A stretch of DNA of 55,232 bases from Candidatus Sungiibacteriota bacterium (lineage in GTDB: Bacteria; Patescibacteriota; Minisyncoccia; Sungbacterales; HO2-52-23). Shown one piece after another: positions 9,474 through 17,721 of this stretch (its first letter is position 1; the number at the start of each line of letters is the position of its first letter). Both the position numbers and the translations under genes were made by a program. Location: contig CP066690.1 of assembly GCA_016432465.1 (NCBI GenBank), forward strand, positions 1 to 55,232, written 5' to 3'. The notes under the pieces were generated by a model that was not told the origin of the DNA, ran no database searches, and worked only from the letters and a program-made list of their open reading frames with translations.

Positions 9474-10865
9474 ATGATAAAGCTTTATAATACGCTCACC
9501 CGCAAAAAAGAACTTTTCCGCCCACTCCGCAAAGAGTGGGTTGGTTTATATACTTGTGGGCCTACGGTGTATAATTTTGCGCATATTGGCAATCTGCGGA
9601 CTTATATTTTTGAGGACGTACTGCGTCGCACTATAGAATATGCCGGCTATAAAGTTCGCCATGTTATGAATATTACGGATGTGGACGATAAAATTATTCG
9701 CGATGCCAAAAAAGCAAAAAAAACTATTTTTGAGTTTGTGAAACCATATGAGAAAGCATTTTTTGAGGATCTCAAAAAACTTAATATTGAAAAAGCGTGG
9801 AAATACCCAAAAGCAACCAAGCATATAACCGAAATGGTGCGACTGATAGCCTCTCTTCTCAAAAAGAAACTTGCTTATCAGGTTGATGGGTCAATTTATT
9901 TTGATATCTCCAAATTTAAGACCTATGGTCGCCTGTCCCGTCTGTCACACCGCGAGTTAAAGGCCGGAGCGCGGGTGGATAGTGATGAATATACCAAGCA
10001 CGACGTGCAGGATTTTGTGCTTTGGAAAGAAAAAAAGGCGGGAGAGCCGTCGTGGAAGGCAGTTTTTAGCGCGGGCGGACCCGCCTTCGCTAAAGCTACG
10101 GCGGGCAGGCCGGGTTGGCATTTGGAGTGTTCGGCAATGTCTATGAAATATCTCGGCCCCACTTTTGACATTCATGCCGGCGGCGTGGATTTGATATTTC
10201 CGCACCATGAAAACGAAATTGCCCAATCTGAAGGCGCAACCGGAAAAAAATTTGTAAGATTTTTTGTTGAGGGCGAACACCTTTTAGTTAACGGCGAGAA
10301 AATGTCTAAATCGCTTGGCAATGTTTTTACCCTGCGCGATATAGAGGCCAAAGGTTTTAATCCCCTCGTCTTTCGTTATCTTATTCTTACCTCTCACTAC
10401 CGTTCCAAACTTAATTTTACATGGGAGTCCTTGAAGGCGGCTCAAAACTCTTTAGAGCACTTGCAGAACTTTGTCATACGACTGCGTACCGAGCGCCACC
10501 GAGGTTTAACCTCTATGGCGGGATATCTACGAAAGTTCGGACGGGCGCTGGCTGATGACTTAGACATGCCAGAAGCCTTGTCTGTTGTCTGGGATATAGC
10601 GCATAACTACAACAAAAACCCCCGTAGATATAACTCAAAGGAAATTCTTACTCTTCTCTATGACGCTGACAGGGTTCTTGGACTAGGACTAAAAAGTCTA
10701 AAGTCAGAAGAAATCCCTGTGAAAATTCTTGCTTTAGTTAAAAAACGCGAAGAATATCGGAAAAACAAGGAGTGGACAAAGGCTGATAGGGTCCGCTCCC
10801 GGATTATAACTTGGGGCTATACTGTTGAAGATACACCCATGGGACCTCTGACAAGGAGGCGTTAA
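9474..10865 (+). CDS. cysS: Cysteine--tRNA ligase
   Basis: CGPTVY, HIGN, RPGWHLECSAM, DIHAGGVDLIFPHHENE, KMSKS. Confidence 0.98.
   Translation: MIKLYNTLTRKKELFRPLRKEWVGLYTCGPTVYNFAHIGNLRTYIFEDVLRRTIEYAGYKVRHVMNITDVDDKIIRDAKKAKKTIFEFVKPYEKAFFEDLKKLNIEKAWKYPKATKHITEMVRLIASLLKKKLAYQVDGSIYFDISKFKTYGRLSRLSHRELKAGARVDSDEYTKHDVQDFVLWKEKKAGEPSWKAVFSAGGPAFAKATAGRPGWHLECSAMSMKYLGPTFDIHAGGVDLIFPHHENEIAQSEGATGKKFVRFFVEGEHLLVNGEKMSKSLGNVFTLRDIEAKGFNPLVFRYLILTSHYRSKLNFTWESLKAAQNSLEHLQNFVIRLRTERHRGLTSMAGYLRKFGRALADDLDMPEALSVVWDIAHNYNKNPRRYNSKEILTLLYDADRVLGLGLKSLKSEEIPVKILALVKKREEYRKNKEWTKADRVRSRIITWGYTVEDTPMGPLTRRR
10080..10105. repeat. Palindromic element (family C) in frame within cysS, encoding PAFAKATA
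   Basis: CCCGCCTTCGCTAAAGCTACGGCGGG; related copy at 43904-43930. Confidence 0.8.
10494..10520. repeat. Short hairpin within the cysS C-terminal region (RHRGLTSMA)
   Basis: CGCCA-C-CGAGGTT-T-AACCTCT-A-TGGCG imperfect palindrome. Confidence 0.45.
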
Positions 10866-10875
10866 TGGGCTTTTA

Positions 10876-10921
10876 TACCCCGCCACCTTCCCAGAAAACC
10901 TCGTAGGAAGGTGTTGGGGAT
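10876..10921. repeat. Small inverted-repeat element between cysS and dnaB
   Basis: CCACCTTCCCAG...TAGGAAGGTG; same termini as the larger element at 18897-19001. Confidence 0.7.
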
Positions 10922-10976
10922 TTATTCACAACTTTTCCTATTGCCAAAAGTTTTTGGGCGGCGTTAAGCTAAGAAC

Positions 10977-12356
10977 ATGCCGGTGTTAGAAAAATCCACA
11001 ATTTCAACTGAAATACGCATGCCCCCGCAAAATATAGAAGCCGAGATGTCGGCCTTGGGCTCTTTGATGTTAGATAAAGACGCTATTTTTAAAGTGGTGG
11101 ATGCGTTGGCTCCGCATGATTTTTATAAGCCCAGTCATCGGGAAATTTACGAAGCCATGTTGGATTTATTCGGACATCGTGAACCTATTGATGTTTTAAG
11201 CATTACCACGCGCCTTAAAGAAAAAAACAAACTGGAAGAGATCGGCGGCTCCGCGTATCTTACGAGTCTTATTAACACCGTTCCTACCGCAAGCCATGTT
11301 GCGCATTATGCATCCATTGTGCGAAGAAAGCGACTCTTGCGCGATCTAATTGAAGCCTCGCATCATATTGCCCAGCTTGGTTATAAAGAGGCCGAGGACG
11401 TAGAGAAACTTATTGACGAGGCGGAACAGAAAATTTTTGGGATTTCCAAAGATTCTTTGAAGCAGGAGTTTATAGCTGTGCGTGAGGTTTTGGATGAGGC
11501 TTGGGACAGGATTGATCGTCTGCATAAAGGCGACGGAGCCCTGCGCGGCGTCTCTACCGGATTTGCCGACTTGGATAACTATCTGGCCGGTCTTCAAAAA
11601 TCAGACTTGATTGTTTTGGCCTCACGACCGAGTTTAGGGAAAACCTCTTTGGCTTTAAATATCGCCCGTAATGTTGCTCTTGATGAAAAAAAAGCGGTAG
11701 GGATTTTTAGTTTGGAAATGTCGCGGGAGCAGTTGATTGATCGCCTGATTGCCAGTGAGGCCAATGTGGATCTTTGGAGACTGCGAACGGGGCGTATGAG
11801 GTCGGAAGGACCTGATAATGATTTCGTCCGGGTGCGCGATGCTATGGAAGTGCTTTCCCAAGCCCCCATTTTTATGGATGACTCCCCTTCCCCCACGGTC
11901 ATGGAGATACGCGCGAAAGCCCGTCGGCTTCAGGCGGAACACGAATTGGGATTGGTGGTAATTGATTATTTACAACTTATTAATGGCGGCGGTTATACTG
12001 AATCACGGGTGCAGGAGGTTTCAGAAATTTCGCGGGCATTAAAAGGTATGGCCAAGGAGTTAAGCGTCCCGGTTCTCGCTGTATCGCAACTATCCCGCGG
12101 GGTTGAGATGCGCCACCCGGCGATCCCTAAACTTTCGGATTTGAGGGATTCGGGAACCATTGAGCAGGACGCGGACGTGGTAATGTTTATTTACCGTGAA
12201 GATAAAGATAAGAGAAATACAGACCGCAAAAACATTGCCGAAATTCATATTGAAAAACACCGTAATGGTCCAACCGGCAAAGTCGAGCTTTATTTTCACG
12301 AGGAAACAACGTCTTTCCGATCATTGGCAAAACATTTTGAAGAAACAACCTCGTGA
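10977..12356 (+). CDS. dnaB: Replicative DNA helicase
   Basis: PPQNIEAE, Walker A RPSLGKT, IDYLQL, SDLRDSGTIEQDAD; no intein. Confidence 0.98.
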   Translation: MPVLEKSTISTEIRMPPQNIEAEMSALGSLMLDKDAIFKVVDALAPHDFYKPSHREIYEAMLDLFGHREPIDVLSITTRLKEKNKLEEIGGSAYLTSLINTVPTASHVAHYASIVRRKRLLRDLIEASHHIAQLGYKEAEDVEKLIDEAEQKIFGISKDSLKQEFIAVREVLDEAWDRIDRLHKGDGALRGVSTGFADLDNYLAGLQKSDLIVLASRPSLGKTSLALNIARNVALDEKKAVGIFSLEMSREQLIDRLIASEANVDLWRLRTGRMRSEGPDNDFVRVRDAMEVLSQAPIFMDDSPSPTVMEIRAKARRLQAEHELGLVVIDYLQLINGGGYTESRVQEVSEISRALKGMAKELSVPVLAVSQLSRGVEMRHPAIPKLSDLRDSGTIEQDADVVMFIYREDKDKRNTDRKNIAEIHIEKHRNGPTGKVELYFHEETTSFRSLAKHFEETTS

Positions 12357-12985
12357 TTTACCCAAAACCAGTCCAAAATCTAATAGCGCTTTTTACCAAA
12401 CTCCCGGGTATTGGCCCGAGACAAGCGGCTCGTTTTTCTTTTTTTATTCTCAAAGAAAACAACAGTTTTTTACAAAATTTGATTTCAGCCCTGCAGGAGG
12501 CAGGCAAAAAAGTAAGCGTCTGCGGACAATGTTTTCGGACCGTAGAACGCTCGGACGATGCTCCGTTGCTTTGTGTTTTCTGCAAAGATTCCAGACGCGA
12601 GAAAACGATTATTGCCGTGGTGGAAAAAGAGTCGGATATGCAAGAGCTTGAAAAAACCAGCGCGTATCACGGCCTTTATCATGTGTTGGGCGGCGTAATA
12701 TCTCCTCTTGATCCGGAGTCGCCTAAGCGTCTGCATCTTAAAACCCTGCATGAGCGAGTTAGGACCCTGCTTGGTACCAACCCGGAGGTTGAAGTTATAC
12801 TTGCGACTAATTCCACTACCGAGGGCGATACCACCGCACTTTACCTGGAACGAATTTTGGAACCTCTTAAAAATCAACATCAGGGATTAAAAATTTCCCG
12901 TTTGGGACGGGGGCTTTCTTTGGGTTCGGAGCTTGAGTATGCCGACGAGGTTACTCTGAAAAACGCCTTGACAAACAGAAAGTAA
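12353..12985 (+). CDS. recR: Recombination mediator RecR
   Basis: LPGIGPRQA, C4 zinc finger, YHGLYHVLGG, EGDTTA, LEYAD. Confidence 0.96.
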   Translation: MIYPKPVQNLIALFTKLPGIGPRQAARFSFFILKENNSFLQNLISALQEAGKKVSVCGQCFRTVERSDDAPLLCVFCKDSRREKTIIAVVEKESDMQELEKTSAYHGLYHVLGGVISPLDPESPKRLHLKTLHERVRTLLGTNPEVEVILATNSTTEGDTTALYLERILEPLKNQHQGLKISRLGRGLSLGSELEYADEVTLKNALTNRK

Positions 12986-13025
12986 AGAGTACACTGTATT
13001 TCAAGACCTTTTACAAGGAGCGGGG

Positions 13026-13601
13026 ATGGATAAACATCCTTCTTGGTACCGGGATTTAATTTATATCGCGGTTTTCGGGTTTATGATCGGTTTGCTATTT
13101 TCAGGATGCGCCAAGGTTAATGTTAATGCTACTGATTGGCGCACGCTAAAACCACAGGACTTCCCGCCGTTAGTAATTGACGGAGTTACTATTCCCTTAT
13201 CGCCGGACTTGCTTCAGGGTGTTGAAAATCAAGCTTGGATATTTGAAGACTATAGCTGGTCAAATAAAGAAGTACTGCGCAAAATACGGGTAAGGTTTTA
13301 TCGTATCCATGGTCTCGGATGGCGCGCTGCAGTAGAGTTGGAATGGCAACTTGAGAACCCTGCACATGAAGGCCTACCTTCTTACTATGCTGGAGGGGTG
13401 TATTCACCTAAGTTTTCAGGTAGGGGGCTAATTGCGGGATATTTTGGAACATACATACTTACACCTCAGGGATGGAATCGTCATCCCAGTAGTGGTACGC
13501 TTTTAAATCCTACAGGGTTTATTAAGTACCCCACCTCTTTGGAAGACGCAAAACCATTAGTTGAGTCGTTAATAAAAGAAAGTCTAAAAAAAGTAAAATA
13601 A
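13026..13601 (+). CDS. Hypothetical lipoprotein
   Basis: Hydrophobic leader ending in lipobox LFSGC. Confidence 0.7.
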   Translation: MDKHPSWYRDLIYIAVFGFMIGLLFSGCAKVNVNATDWRTLKPQDFPPLVIDGVTIPLSPDLLQGVENQAWIFEDYSWSNKEVLRKIRVRFYRIHGLGWRAAVELEWQLENPAHEGLPSYYAGGVYSPKFSGRGLIAGYFGTYILTPQGWNRHPSSGTLLNPTGFIKYPTSLEDAKPLVESLIKESLKKVK

Positions 13602-13624
13602 GGGTGCACCTGATGTGCTCCTTT

Positions 13625-14017
13625 TCATTTTGTTACAATTTTTTGTATTTCAACTTCGGTAAACGGTTGTCTATGCCCTTTTTTCTTGCGATACCTCGTT
13701 TTGGAATGATATTTAAAGACAAGGATTTTTTTACTCCTTCCCTGTTTTATAGTTTTGGCTTCTACCCTTGCCCCCTTTACGTACGGAGTTCCTATCTCTA
13801 TTTTTTTATCATTAGCCACAAGCAATACTTCGCCAAACACAACTTTCCCGCCTTCGCGGGCCGAAGCCGCTCCGGCGGGCGAAGGCCCGCCTTCTTTGCC
13901 GCCCTGCTGGGCGAGCCTCGCTTTTGGCGGGGCGTCTATTTTTTCAACTTTTAATTTTTGTCCCGCAGATACTAGGTATTGCTTACCGCCAGTTTTTATT
14001 ACTGCAAATTGTGTCAT
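13625..14017 (-). CDS. rplU: 50S ribosomal protein L21 carrying a 24-aa insertion
   Basis: FAVIKTGGKQY...KKKGHRQPFTEV; start taken at MTQF (14017). Confidence 0.95.
   Translation of the reverse strand: MTQFAVIKTGGKQYLVSAGQKLKVEKIDAPPKARLAQQGGKEGGPSPAGAASAREGGKVVFGEVLLVANDKKIEIGTPYVKGARVEAKTIKQGRSKKILVFKYHSKTRYRKKKGHRQPFTEVEIQKIVTK
13847..13930. repeat. Two in-frame palindromic insertions in rplU (33 bp and 39 bp)
   Basis: 13898-13930 resembles 25538-25565; the 39-bp unit is flanked by the direct repeat CCCGCCTTC (13847-13855 and 13886-13894). Confidence 0.8.
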
Positions 14018-14174
14018 ATGTTTTACCATCGGCTTGCCCCGCTATATCGCGAACGATATGGGCGGGGTTTTTTATTACGGCTAGCATATCAAAAGAAATA
14101 ATAACACCTCGCAAAATTCTTTGCAAGAAAAAGGTTTGCCCAGCGGTTTTGGGCCGCTGGGCTGTAAAACAATG

Positions 14175-14741
14175 TTATTTTCTCCGCTTCTCCTCCCGTC
14201 GCTCCTTAGCCAACCGCTGATTGATGCGGCGTTTCTCCGCCGCAGACAACTTCGCGTAGTTGGCCGGACGCACAAACGGGGCAAAAGCCCGTTCGGCGCC
14301 GGCGCGGGCAGGGTCAATCCCGTGGATAGTCCGGATGAGTCGGCCATCTACCTCCTGTATTCTGCGCTCGGTGGTTACGTCAACGGTATGGCTCCTGATT
14401 TTACCCCCAAGGAGCGTATCAAGATGTGTGATCCCCTTGGAGACATTTCCAGACCTCCATCCGCTGTTCGCGATGTCTGTAAACGCCATTCGCAGCAACG
14501 CTGGCCATAACGGCCACTCTGCGGCTATGCGCTCTGCCACAGAGTACTGCGAGCAGGCGTTCACCAAGCGTCGCGCCATTTCACGCAACTGCTTGTCGTT
14601 CGCCCCACCCGTGGGGGCATATCCCAAAAACCCCGAGCTGGCCTCCTTTATCTCGGCCTCCGTGTGTTCCCTCCAACGCGCCAGCGGGATGTTTCTCCGC
14701 AGGCACCAGAGGAGTATGGAGACGGTTGCATGTTGAACCAT
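14175..14741 (-). CDS. Hypothetical protein in visibly GC-richer DNA
   Basis: 188 aa ORF filling the rplU-rmuC gap; no recognised motif. Confidence 0.5.
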   Translation of the reverse strand: MVQHATVSILLWCLRRNIPLARWREHTEAEIKEASSGFLGYAPTGGANDKQLREMARRLVNACSQYSVAERIAAEWPLWPALLRMAFTDIANSGWRSGNVSKGITHLDTLLGGKIRSHTVDVTTERRIQEVDGRLIRTIHGIDPARAGAERAFAPFVRPANYAKLSAAEKRRINQRLAKERREEKRRK

Positions 14742-14819
14742 TTTCTCCTCCGTGCCCGCGGGGTACTGCCCGTGGCGGTTATGGGTTTATATTCATTTTA
14801 CCATATTTTTTTGATACTG

Positions 14820-15854
14820 TCAATCTTCAGTTGTCGGAGCTTCTAGAGTCACTACTTCTACCCCCGTCCCTTTGCCAGTAATTTTTAAAACATCTTTATC
14901 AATCTTTCCAAATTCTTTATAGGCGCTGTTATACATGTTTACGGTTGTCCCCAAATTACGACCCAATTTTTGCAGATACTCCTCGTAGGCCGCAAGGTGT
15001 CTGCGCAGATTTTCCACCTGTTTAATAATCTCTTGAGCCTGCTCCGAGATTTTTTGATTCTTAAGCCCCTGCAGAACGGTTTGCAAGTATGCCAGGAATG
15101 AAGTTGGCGAAACTATGATAACCTTTTTTTGTCCGGCATAATGTATCAGGTTTCTGGTGTCGTCAGTTACTGCTCCGACCTTGTTTATAAGAAGGTCATA
15201 ATATACCGCCTCCGAGGGAATAAACATAAAAGCAAAATCCATAGTTCTTTCCTCCGGCTTTACGTATTTAGAAGTTTCCTCAATACGAGTTTTTAAGTCC
15301 GAGACAAAGGCCTGCTCATAACGTTTCCGCTCTGCGTCTTCGCGGGCTTCAAGAATCCTATTGTAATTTTCAAGACTGAATTTAGAATCAACGGGGATGA
15401 TGCGTTTATCAACAAAAATGGCCGCATCCACAATAACGCCGTCCGCAAACCCATACTGCATTTTATAGGACCCGGGAGGAAGTACATTTTCTAAAACCGT
15501 CTGCAGATAATATTCGCCTAGAATCCCACGTTGTTTTGGGTTTTTTAAAATATCCTGAAGGTTACGCAGCTGATCGGCAAAACTAACCACCTGTTTATTG
15601 GTCTCATCCAGTTTAACCAGTTTTTCTGTTACTTCCTGAATAATGCGGGTACTCGTGCCGAATTGATTTTGTAACATACGGGATGATTCGGAAAGACGAT
15701 TGTCCAGGGTTCGTGATATTTCGCTGATTTGCCGCTGCAGCATTAAAAACACATTTTCTTCCTGCGGCTTTTGGGTGCGTTTTAATAAAAACCAAAATAC
15801 CCCGGCAAAACCGGCGATAAGGAGCACAATTAAAATGATAAATTCAGGGCTCAA
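14820..15854 (-). CDS. rmuC: DNA recombination protein RmuC
   Basis: N-terminal TM, KQRGILGE, IPVDSKFSLENY, FAFMFIPSEAVY, IVSPTSF; probable TTG start at 15854. Confidence 0.93.
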   Translation of the reverse strand: MSPEFIILIVLLIAGFAGVFWFLLKRTQKPQEENVFLMLQRQISEISRTLDNRLSESSRMLQNQFGTSTRIIQEVTEKLVKLDETNKQVVSFADQLRNLQDILKNPKQRGILGEYYLQTVLENVLPPGSYKMQYGFADGVIVDAAIFVDKRIIPVDSKFSLENYNRILEAREDAERKRYEQAFVSDLKTRIEETSKYVKPEERTMDFAFMFIPSEAVYYDLLINKVGAVTDDTRNLIHYAGQKKVIIVSPTSFLAYLQTVLQGLKNQKISEQAQEIIKQVENLRRHLAAYEEYLQKLGRNLGTTVNMYNSAYKEFGKIDKDVLKITGKGTGVEVVTLEAPTTED

Positions 15855-15895
15855 TGGTATTAACTGTAAGAACTGAACGCGTTGTTCACACTTTT

Positions 15896-16078
15896 GAAAG
15901 CGCGGTTCCCTCCCCCCGCCCTTGGGAAAAGACGTTCGGCTGGGGTATGACATTCCATCTTGTGTTCTCCCCGCCTCACTAAGCATTCGGGACGCAACCA
16001 GCACTGTTTTACTACCACCTCATCACTTCAGCGTCCCTCCTGATTCTTTTCCCAACGGCGGGGCTCGACCGCGCTTTC
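15896..16078 (-). ncRNA. Putative structured element, copy 1 (three-way junction)
   Basis: Nested stems 15896-15906/16068-16078, ~15916-15932/16045-16062 and 15989-15995/16031-16037; homologous to copy 2. Confidence 0.55.
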
Positions 16079-16086
16079 ATCCATCT

Positions 16087-16313
16087 CCGCCCCGCTTTTT
16101 GTATAGATACGTGGGTTCGAGCCCCTCACTTGGTGGAAAGAATCGGAAGTGCCGCTGCCAATGGGGAGTCGGGGTGAGGAGAAACGCAAGGGAGCGGCAC
16201 GGACGCTTAGCGAGGCGGAAGAAGAAACGTATAAACCAGATACCTGCCGAGCGTCTTTACACCAAGTGAGGGGCGAGGGGTACCCGCATACCTTTCTGTA
16301 AAAAGCGGGGCGG
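16087..16313 (+). ncRNA. Putative structured element, copy 2 (inverted paralogue)
   Basis: Stems 16087-16100/16300-16313, 16122-16135/16260-16273 and 16149-16156/16193-16200; junction sequences shared with copy 1. Confidence 0.55.
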
Positions 16314-16354
16314 GAAAGTGTGAACAACGCGTTGAATTCCTACACATTAACCTA

Positions 16355-17707
16355 TCATCCCTTAATCAACTTTTCAACCTGGATGAGTTTTTCGTCAAAA
16401 AGTTCTTTTGTTTTCGCCTCCAGCACCAGTCTGACAATGGGTTCGGTGTTTGAGGGCCGTATATTAAACCACCAGTCAGGGAACTCTACGGTTATACCAT
16501 CCAGACGCGAAATTTTCTCTCCCTGGTATTTACGTTCAACCTTTTTTATTACTGTACGTCCGTCTTTAATGTTAAAATTTATTTCGCCCGAAAAAATATA
16601 ACGCTTAAAGGGTTTAATAAGCTGCGATAGCGGCCGAGGATTTTTGGAAAGTATGGCCGCGAGCTTCAACCAAGCAAACAGTCCGGAATCAGCATAGAAA
16701 AATTTCTGGAAATAAAAGTGGCCCGACATCTCTGCCCCCAAAGAAGCGCGGGCTCGTCTCATAGCCATATGCATAAAAGTATTGCCAACACGGCTAAGCA
16801 CCACTTTTCCTCCACGCTCTTTTAGGTATTCTCTAACTGAGCGCGAGGTATTAACGGGCAAAACAAAAGTGTTTGTCTCTTTATCCTTAAGTTCCTCCGA
16901 AACAAAAATGCCCAGAATATATTCCGACCTTACCATCTCTCCTTTTTCATCAAAGAAAATAACCCGATCTCCGTCCCCGTCAAAAATAGCCCCAAAGCTA
17001 TATCCCCCTTTTTTGAGCTCTTCCTTAATGGGTTTTTGAGAGGCGGGCAGATACGGACTAGGCGAATGCTTTTTAAAAGCGCCGTCCGGTTCAAAAAAAA
17101 GCGGCTTGTAAGTAATTTTGGGGAATTTATTAAGAAGTTCCGGAAGAAAAAATGTCGTGCTGCCGCCGCCGGCATCAACCACGGTTTTGATACGTTTAAT
17201 TGATGCATTTTTGGCAAGGAAATGTATGTATTTTTCGCGATAGTCGGCAGCGGTCGTCACCATACCCATGGAGTCAAACAACAAAGGCTTTCTTTTTACG
17301 AGATTCCTGATCACTTCTAGTCCGTTCCCTGAAAAAATTGGTATGCCGCCCCGCCCCCTTATTTTAAAACCGTTATATTCCGGGGGATTATGGGAGGCCG
17401 TGATCATAATACCTCCGTCAAATTTCAGAGTATGCATGAGGAAATAAAAAAAGGGTGTAGTGCCTGTGCCTGCGTCCCAAACATCGCTTCCGCAGGAAAT
17501 AATGCCGTTTATCAGCGCCTCTTTAAGCGGTTGGGAAGAGTTGCGAACGTCTCGGCAGACCAAAATTTTTAGCTTTTTCTTATGGTTTTTTTTTGAGAAA
17601 AACGCTGTTAGTGCTTCTCCCAGACGCTGCGCCACAAACTCGTTAATTTCGGCTGGATATTTCCCGCGGATATCGTATGCTTTAAAAATGGTGGGTTCAA
17701 TTCTCAT
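16355..17707 (-). CDS. Phosphomannomutase/phosphoglucomutase family protein
   Basis: FKAYDIRG, TASHNP, FDGDGDR, GAEMSGHFYF, RPSNTEP. Confidence 0.95.
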   Translation of the reverse strand: MRIEPTIFKAYDIRGKYPAEINEFVAQRLGEALTAFFSKKNHKKKLKILVCRDVRNSSQPLKEALINGIISCGSDVWDAGTGTTPFFYFLMHTLKFDGGIMITASHNPPEYNGFKIRGRGGIPIFSGNGLEVIRNLVKRKPLLFDSMGMVTTAADYREKYIHFLAKNASIKRIKTVVDAGGGSTTFFLPELLNKFPKITYKPLFFEPDGAFKKHSPSPYLPASQKPIKEELKKGGYSFGAIFDGDGDRVIFFDEKGEMVRSEYILGIFVSEELKDKETNTFVLPVNTSRSVREYLKERGGKVVLSRVGNTFMHMAMRRARASLGAEMSGHFYFQKFFYADSGLFAWLKLAAILSKNPRPLSQLIKPFKRYIFSGEINFNIKDGRTVIKKVERKYQGEKISRLDGITVEFPDWWFNIRPSNTEPIVRLVLEAKTKELFDEKLIQVEKLIKG

Positions 17708-17721
17708 ATTTTTATTCTACA

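Noticed and set aside
14037-14073. Hairpin upstream of rplU as an L21 leader
   Set aside because: The G-U pairing and T-tract favour a plus-strand terminator-like reading; there is no evidence for a regulatory leader
16234-16249. Resemblance of AACCAGATACCTGCCG to the cobalamin riboswitch B12 box
   Set aside because: The other cobalamin core motifs are missing and the paralogous copy does not conserve this stretch
15855-16327. ORF-track calls extending rmuC to 16004 and ORFs 15922-16269 and 16028-16327
   Set aside because: They run through the structured repeats and have no protein-like features; RmuC homology begins at the TM segment after the TTG at 15854
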